11,272 bases of DNA from an uncultured archaeon (GTDB taxonomy: Archaea; Iainarchaeota; Iainarchaeia; Iainarchaeales; 0-14-0-20-30-16), in contig CAZMCX010000017.1 of NCBI GenBank assembly GCA_964565125.1, positions 1 to 11,272 of the forward strand. The letters run 5' to 3'. Positions within the stretch are counted from its first letter, which is position 1, and the number at the start of each line of letters is the position of its first letter. The notes beneath the pieces are model-generated. The model made no database searches. It was not told the DNA's origin and saw nothing but the letters and a program-made list of their open reading frames with translations. This document shows positions 8,301 through 11,272 of this stretch, piece by piece. Both the position numbers and the translations under genes were made by a program.

Positions 8301-10440
8301 GATAAAGCAATTTGCTGCAACTGTACTTTCCGATAACCAGGGAACAAGAGAAATACAATATATAAATGATTGGTTGAATGGCGGTTTAGATATAAATATT
8401 TTAGATACTGATGCGTCGAACAAACCTAGCTTTTGTGGTGATAATAACTTTGATGTAGGTACAATAGCTTACGATTATTTCTATTATCCGGGGCAAGGAG
8501 ATAGTGATTTTAACTACTCTATATTGGTGGATATAAACGAGCCAAGAATATATATTGATTTGAATCAAGATTGTAATTTTGCAAATGATGATCTAAATGT
8601 AACACCAAATGATAAATCAATAATTACTGAATTACAAGAAGATGGAAATGCACCAATGATAACTAATGTAACCTTAACTGGAATTAAATATATAAGTGTG
8701 CCTGAAGATATTGTTTCTGCAAATGATAGTCAAGGTCAGAATTGGGCTGGGGAGTTTGATGTAGATAGAAATATGGTAATCCCTTTAGTCATAACAGATA
8801 TTTCTGGAAACCTTTTGCCAGATATTATGGTTACTATAAATAAGGTAAAAAAAATAGATTTCATAAACAAGCAGATGGAAACTTTGTCAACTGGGTATAC
8901 AGTATATAATGATAATAATAGTGATGCAAATGGAATTGTATTCCTAAAGATGAACATAGAGGAAACTGGAGAATATCAGCTAGAATTAATAATTGAGGAT
9001 GCAAGCGGAAACAAGGAAAAATTAATGCCTTGGGAAGGACCAGTATTCCATGTAAAGAAATTATCAGCCGACTTTGGATTTGTAAGGGCAAGCAGATATG
9101 CTGGAACTAACTTGTCTGTTGACATAAATCAAAGCCCATACAATAATTATGGAATACAAGGAAATAATTATGAGTTTGCAGGAGTATTTAGTGAACTAGC
9201 AGATGACTATGATTTAGATAACGACGGCTCAAAAGACAAGAACTATTATTTCTTAAGAGATGTAACTTATGGAACTTATATGGTAGACGATGACTATAAC
9301 TTTAATGAGATGGATGAAGCGTTTGGGATGAGGTCTGAAGGGATGTCTACAAATTGGCCAATTTGTCTGGGAGATTACAATGCAACAAGTGGGAAGAACG
9401 ATTGTACTGTAGATTCTATTATTATTGCAAGTTCAACAACTTCTGATCTAGAAGTTAATCTTTTAGAGCATCAAGGCAAAAACTGGTCTTTTGAAGATTA
9501 TAATCAGGAGGACAATAATAGCCCAGATGGGTGGATATCTTCAGAATCACAAGATGATACCTACTTTATAGTATCTGATGCAAATGTAAAGACAGACGAG
9601 AAATCATTACTATTTGATGGAAATGTAGAACCACAATTAGATAATCCAACAATATTGTATAACCACCAGAATGAAGACTTTAACTTTAGTTTTTGGGCAT
9701 TTGCAACTACTGATACTAATTTGAAAGCTATGGCATTCTACTATCCAGGTGGCTTTTCTGATGGAAATTACTATTATAACTTTACAACTGAATTGTGGGA
9801 TGTGAATATCCCTGATGTGAATACAGATCACTTTTTTGTTGCACAGCTAAGTAATCTAGATTGGAACTACTTAAGTGTAGACATAAATGTGGGGGATATG
9901 ACGGAAATAAATTTTGGATTTGTAGGGGATTTTAATTCAGACCACAACTTTGTTTTAGATGATGTAAGGTTTGATGGAAATTTAACTACAAGCGTAGTAG
10001 AATTCTATAATAGAACAAATTATAGGGCGCCTTCTGCAGCAATAATTGCTGATTCAGATTTAACTGCATCAGATTATACTATGTGGGCAGATTCTAACTT
10101 GGCAGATGTGAACCACTATTATGAAGTATCATTTGTAGATAGATCAAAGGCTGATATGAATATAGTAGATGCTAATGTAAGTGCTTTACTAATTAAGAAA
10201 AACACTTGTGCACAAGATTTTGGAAATGATTCTATGAGTCTAAAAGGAAAGTTTACTGGAAACAGAATTGGAATAATAGATAAATGGGTCTTTAACTTTG
10301 GGAACTTGGGTGCAGGTATTGGAGACACAAACTGTTGGAAATATGAAATAAAGGCGGATATATCTGCAATAGTTGATGAATTAGCGTATAAGGATTCTGC
10401 ATGGAGTTCTTTCTACATAAGTAATAACGAGGGGAGCTAG
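5389..10440 (+). CDS. Giant secreted surface protein (1683 aa), Asn/Asp/Thr-rich and acidic, family unknown. Candidate S-layer/adhesin-like protein
   Basis: Uninterrupted 5 kb ORF in AT-rich DNA. N-terminal signal peptide. More than twenty N-x-S/T sequons by eye. Cysteines occur in local pairs. Ig-like strand signatures recur. No ATG start is available: the candidates are TTG 5389, TTG 5392 or GTG 5407, and GAAGGGG at 5394-5400 could serve as an SD for GTG 5407. Confidence 0.8.
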   Translation: MLKGNIVKAYLIGLLGIFFILSASCIFSASMWYKFNETWATDGNAILKVFVDTSTDGTANTGVSVAANLALDQNDCDYNATTVAYADGTYANFNLDLNCDGVLDLNGADLTVTMTTTSPALSKDFEFYLPGFRDVDLNWDVGNLTSIIDITTDENIVVAPLYYDENGDLVAGFTGLWKLYLFSPTGVFIDAYDANADNNITIPVTDFNTTPGMYKLLVGNNVEDENTAGYKTFVFNVKSFNLIAYVQNDLDESKGTYGTGESLELVVFATDINNTGVTLSKIYYKTDAGSLTTVSSPLKKNIIALSVLDAGKHSMKVIGTYGDYNQTLNLDFYVTAYAPEFKLKKNSNAGTKEKFAGVYAPSSTVTFLFGINDLTTGQPEDINTDAKCVLLLDKIKYNGAGKKTTTTVSWADNNVSYNSTEKLCELLVTAPSTEGEYLYNLDLNDNYSNDYSGVDLDSKTQKLKVQKYVVFLEPIDVESAINSEGEIDKKAYKFEFFDENIGFVISTIDLSNGSTTDLNVADILTLTVIKSGVSTDFSASDYDYNTNLKFFEIDKDAEAFSSVSGKFEIKAVLDTNSNTGAQIDAYGSASKKTFKISVDLNKDSYGGPPYVIPGENVVLVVTVKNSSKQAVAYASVSLSTIYDVENMEEVNLGSFSAIADASGVAYLDLGSDLNTGMYEITVDVNDGTSTDEGIGFVMVKKFFAFGFPGDYQQDGAVLEFLENAYLGMDENIDIATFVFNGTGAGFGGTEFADTSEYSIPPGTAKLFYETDDSAGRKLIYADIVDRNIDANWTKGSVIDPGRMVRINPDSDLVPGFYEAVYDVNWNEEIDTAMAPFVIQGFGLQICNYTNTGVSCGESLMGGGQDIKGAPDSNVRWVINGTSPGDVSLTISLIDMKTFNVVSGGDDLNFYVNGVQKNDVNFNFNSNPRDDNYADDYNIDVFIPAGLDLGDYDLEFDFVIDDIHTMYSRTITIKQFAATVLSDNQGTREIQYINDWLNGGLDINILDTDASNKPSFCGDNNFDVGTIAYDYFYYPGQGDSDFNYSILVDINEPRIYIDLNQDCNFANDDLNVTPNDKSIITELQEDGNAPMITNVTLTGIKYISVPEDIVSANDSQGQNWAGEFDVDRNMVIPLVITDISGNLLPDIMVTINKVKKIDFINKQMETLSTGYTVYNDNNSDANGIVFLKMNIEETGEYQLELIIEDASGNKEKLMPWEGPVFHVKKLSADFGFVRASRYAGTNLSVDINQSPYNNYGIQGNNYEFAGVFSELADDYDLDNDGSKDKNYYFLRDVTYGTYMVDDDYNFNEMDEAFGMRSEGMSTNWPICLGDYNATSGKNDCTVDSIIIASSTTSDLEVNLLEHQGKNWSFEDYNQEDNNSPDGWISSESQDDTYFIVSDANVKTDEKSLLFDGNVEPQLDNPTILYNHQNEDFNFSFWAFATTDTNLKAMAFYYPGGFSDGNYYYNFTTELWDVNIPDVNTDHFFVAQLSNLDWNYLSVDINVGDMTEINFGFVGDFNSDHNFVLDDVRFDGNLTTSVVEFYNRTNYRAPSAAIIADSDLTASDYTMWADSNLADVNHYYEVSFVDRSKADMNIVDANVSALLIKKNTCAQDFGNDSMSLKGKFTGNRIGIIDKWVFNFGNLGAGIGDTNCWKYEIKADISAIVDELAYKDSAWSSFYISNNEGS
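5410..5478 (+). other. Signal peptide or N-terminal anchor of the giant protein
   Basis: KAYLIGLLGIFFILSASCIFSAS has a positively charged residue followed by a ~20-residue hydrophobic core. It then offers either a lipobox-like LSAS|C or an SPase-I-like SAS|M cleavage site. Confidence 0.7.
9481..9978 (+). other. Putative jelly-roll (CBM4/9- or galactose-binding-domain-like) module near the C-terminus of the giant protein
   Basis: The motif order is NWSFEDYN..PDGW..(x)..TDEKSLLFDGN..DFNFSFWAFATTDTNLKAMAFYY..NWNYLSVDINV..EINFGFVG..HNFVLDDVRFDG. This follows the N.sFE/GW/G.kSL/Y.fSfW/f.lDDV.l pattern of carbohydrate-binding jelly rolls. It rests on pattern recall only. Confidence 0.4.
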
Positions 10441-10441
10441 G

Positions 10442-10447
10442 GGTGAT
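10442..10447 (+). promoter_or_regulatory. Shine-Dalgarno site (GGTGAT) for the downstream secreted-protein gene
   Basis: GGTGAT lies 4 nt before ATG 10452, within the 11-nt gap after the giant gene stop codon (TAG 10438-10440). Confidence 0.5.
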
Positions 10448-10451
10448 GTGA

Positions 10452-11272
10452 ATGTATTCAAAAATATTTTCATTAATATTTGGGATTTTACTATTAAGTA
10501 CTTTTGGATTTGCCTTATCAGTATCCCTTTCTTTCACTGATTCAAGTATTGGAGTAGGAAGTTCAACTACTTTAACAGCAACAATAAATGGTAGCGATAG
10601 CGGGGTAATAGCAGAATTAAGCGGAACTGGAATATCAAATGAAAGTTTGACAACAAGCCCGGTAGCAAGTGATGGGGTTTCAACACAATACCCTGGAACA
10701 ATATCCGATACTACTACAACAAGCTGGATCATTCAAGGAAATGCGGCAGGAACATATTCTCTATTAGTAACTGTTTCTGGTGATGAATCTAGTACAACTG
10801 GGAACACAACTTTAATAGTAACTAATCCTGCAAATGTGATTCTTGATGATTATAGCTGTAATTCTGATGACTCTAATTTATCAAGTGGAGATAGTTATAC
10901 TGTTAGTTACACATTAAGAAATTCTGGGGAAGAGAGCGCAACAATAACAAGCACCCCAACATTAACTTATTTTTCAGTAGGTTCAAGGTCAAATATTGAT
11001 ACTAGTAATCAAACTACTTTAACTGCAGGTGAGACTAAATCTCTTGCATTTGTATTTACTCCTTCCTTTGGAACAACAACAAGAACTGGGGTTATAAGTG
11101 TTGCTTTGACTGGGGCAAATGACCCTGATGATATATCTTGTGGGAATGTAACATTATATGTTGTTCCAGTGACAGACTCCGGTGGTACTACAAATTATGG
11201 TATTGCTGATGAAGAAGTTGCTGATGAAGAAGTAAGTAGTGATGAAGAAGAGGATGGGGTAGTTACAACTAG
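10452..11272 (+). CDS. Secreted Ig-like/CARDB-like domain protein, 3'-truncated by the window end (273 codons visible)
   Basis: Hand translation from ATG 10452 stays open to the window end: MYSKIFSLIFGILLLSTFGFALSVSLSFTDSSIGVGSSTTLTATINGSDSG...AAGTYSLLVTVSGDESSTTGNTTLIVTNPANVILDDYSCNSDDSNLSSGDSYTVSYTLRNSGEESATITSTP...LTAGETKSLAFVFTP...DDISCGNVTLYVVPVTDSGGTTNYGIADEEVADEEVSSDEEEDGVVTT. It has a signal peptide, Thr/Ser-rich beta-sandwich patterns and a good SD. It is absent from the ORF track because no stop codon falls in the window. Confidence 0.75.
   Translation, partial: MYSKIFSLIFGILLLSTFGFALSVSLSFTDSSIGVGSSTTLTATINGSDSGVIAELSGTGISNESLTTSPVASDGVSTQYPGTISDTTTTSWIIQGNAAGTYSLLVTVSGDESSTTGNTTLIVTNPANVILDDYSCNSDDSNLSSGDSYTVSYTLRNSGEESATITSTPTLTYFSVGSRSNIDTSNQTTLTAGETKSLAFVFTPSFGTTTRTGVISVALTGANDPDDISCGNVTLYVVPVTDSGGTTNYGIADEEVADEEVSSDEEEDGVVTT
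11205..11250 (+). repeat. Short in-frame tandem repeat encoding an acidic linker (ADEEV-ADEEV-SSDEEE)
   Basis: GCTGATGAAGAAGTT (11205-11219) is followed directly by GCTGATGAAGAAGTA (11220-11234), matching at 14 of 15 nt. A partial third copy GATGAAGAAG lies at 11241-11250. Confidence 0.6.

Noticed and set aside
8238-10732. Minus-strand ORFs 8238-8423, 8736-8957, 8861-9091, 9637-9831, 10119-10328 and 10292-10732
   Set aside because: All are antisense to the giant gene or to the 10452 gene. Two of them overlap each other in different frames. None has an SD or a meaningful motif. The plus-strand reading frames are far longer and carry signal peptides.
1-11272. Scan for CRISPR repeats, tRNA/rRNA genes, transposases or defence-system genes
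   Set aside because: No regularly spaced direct repeats, no cloverleaf-capable G+C-rich segments, and no nuclease, transposase or integrase motifs were seen outside the intein homing endonuclease. The intergenic space is too small to hide such features.

Overview
AT-rich window (roughly one-third G+C by eye). Gene content points to an archaeon, plausibly a small-genome DPANN-type lineage (inference). All family calls come from motifs read in the translations; no database search was possible. There are five protein-coding genes. (1) 48-3596 (+): class II adenosylcobalamin-dependent ribonucleotide reductase (NrdJ) with an N-terminal ATP-cone and a C-terminal Cys-rich zinc-finger tail. It carries a 450-aa LAGLIDADG intein (858-2207) inserted in the conserved QGG|xRRGA loop. 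(2) 3667-4152 (+): a minimal CobA/CobO/BtuR-type cob(I)alamin adenosyltransferase, the enzyme that makes the NrdJ cofactor. (3) 4271-5287 (-): a Nog1-family GTPase (archaeal/eukaryotic family). (4) 5389-10440 (+): a 1683-aa secreted, acidic, Asn/Asp/Thr-rich giant protein. I recognise no family for it; it shows repeated beta-sandwich strand signatures, locally paired cysteines, DxDxDG-like loops and a C-terminal jelly-roll/CBM-like module. (5) 10452->11272 (+): an ORF missing from the supplied track because it runs off the window. It encodes a second signal-peptide protein with Ig-like/CARDB-like domains and an acidic repeat. No rRNA, tRNA, CRISPR array or transposase was seen. The two most notable points are that the otherwise intact intein is followed by Lys rather than Cys/Ser/Thr at the +1 position, and that genes 4 and 5 form an orphan surface-protein module that could be an uncharacterised cell-surface or host-attachment system.
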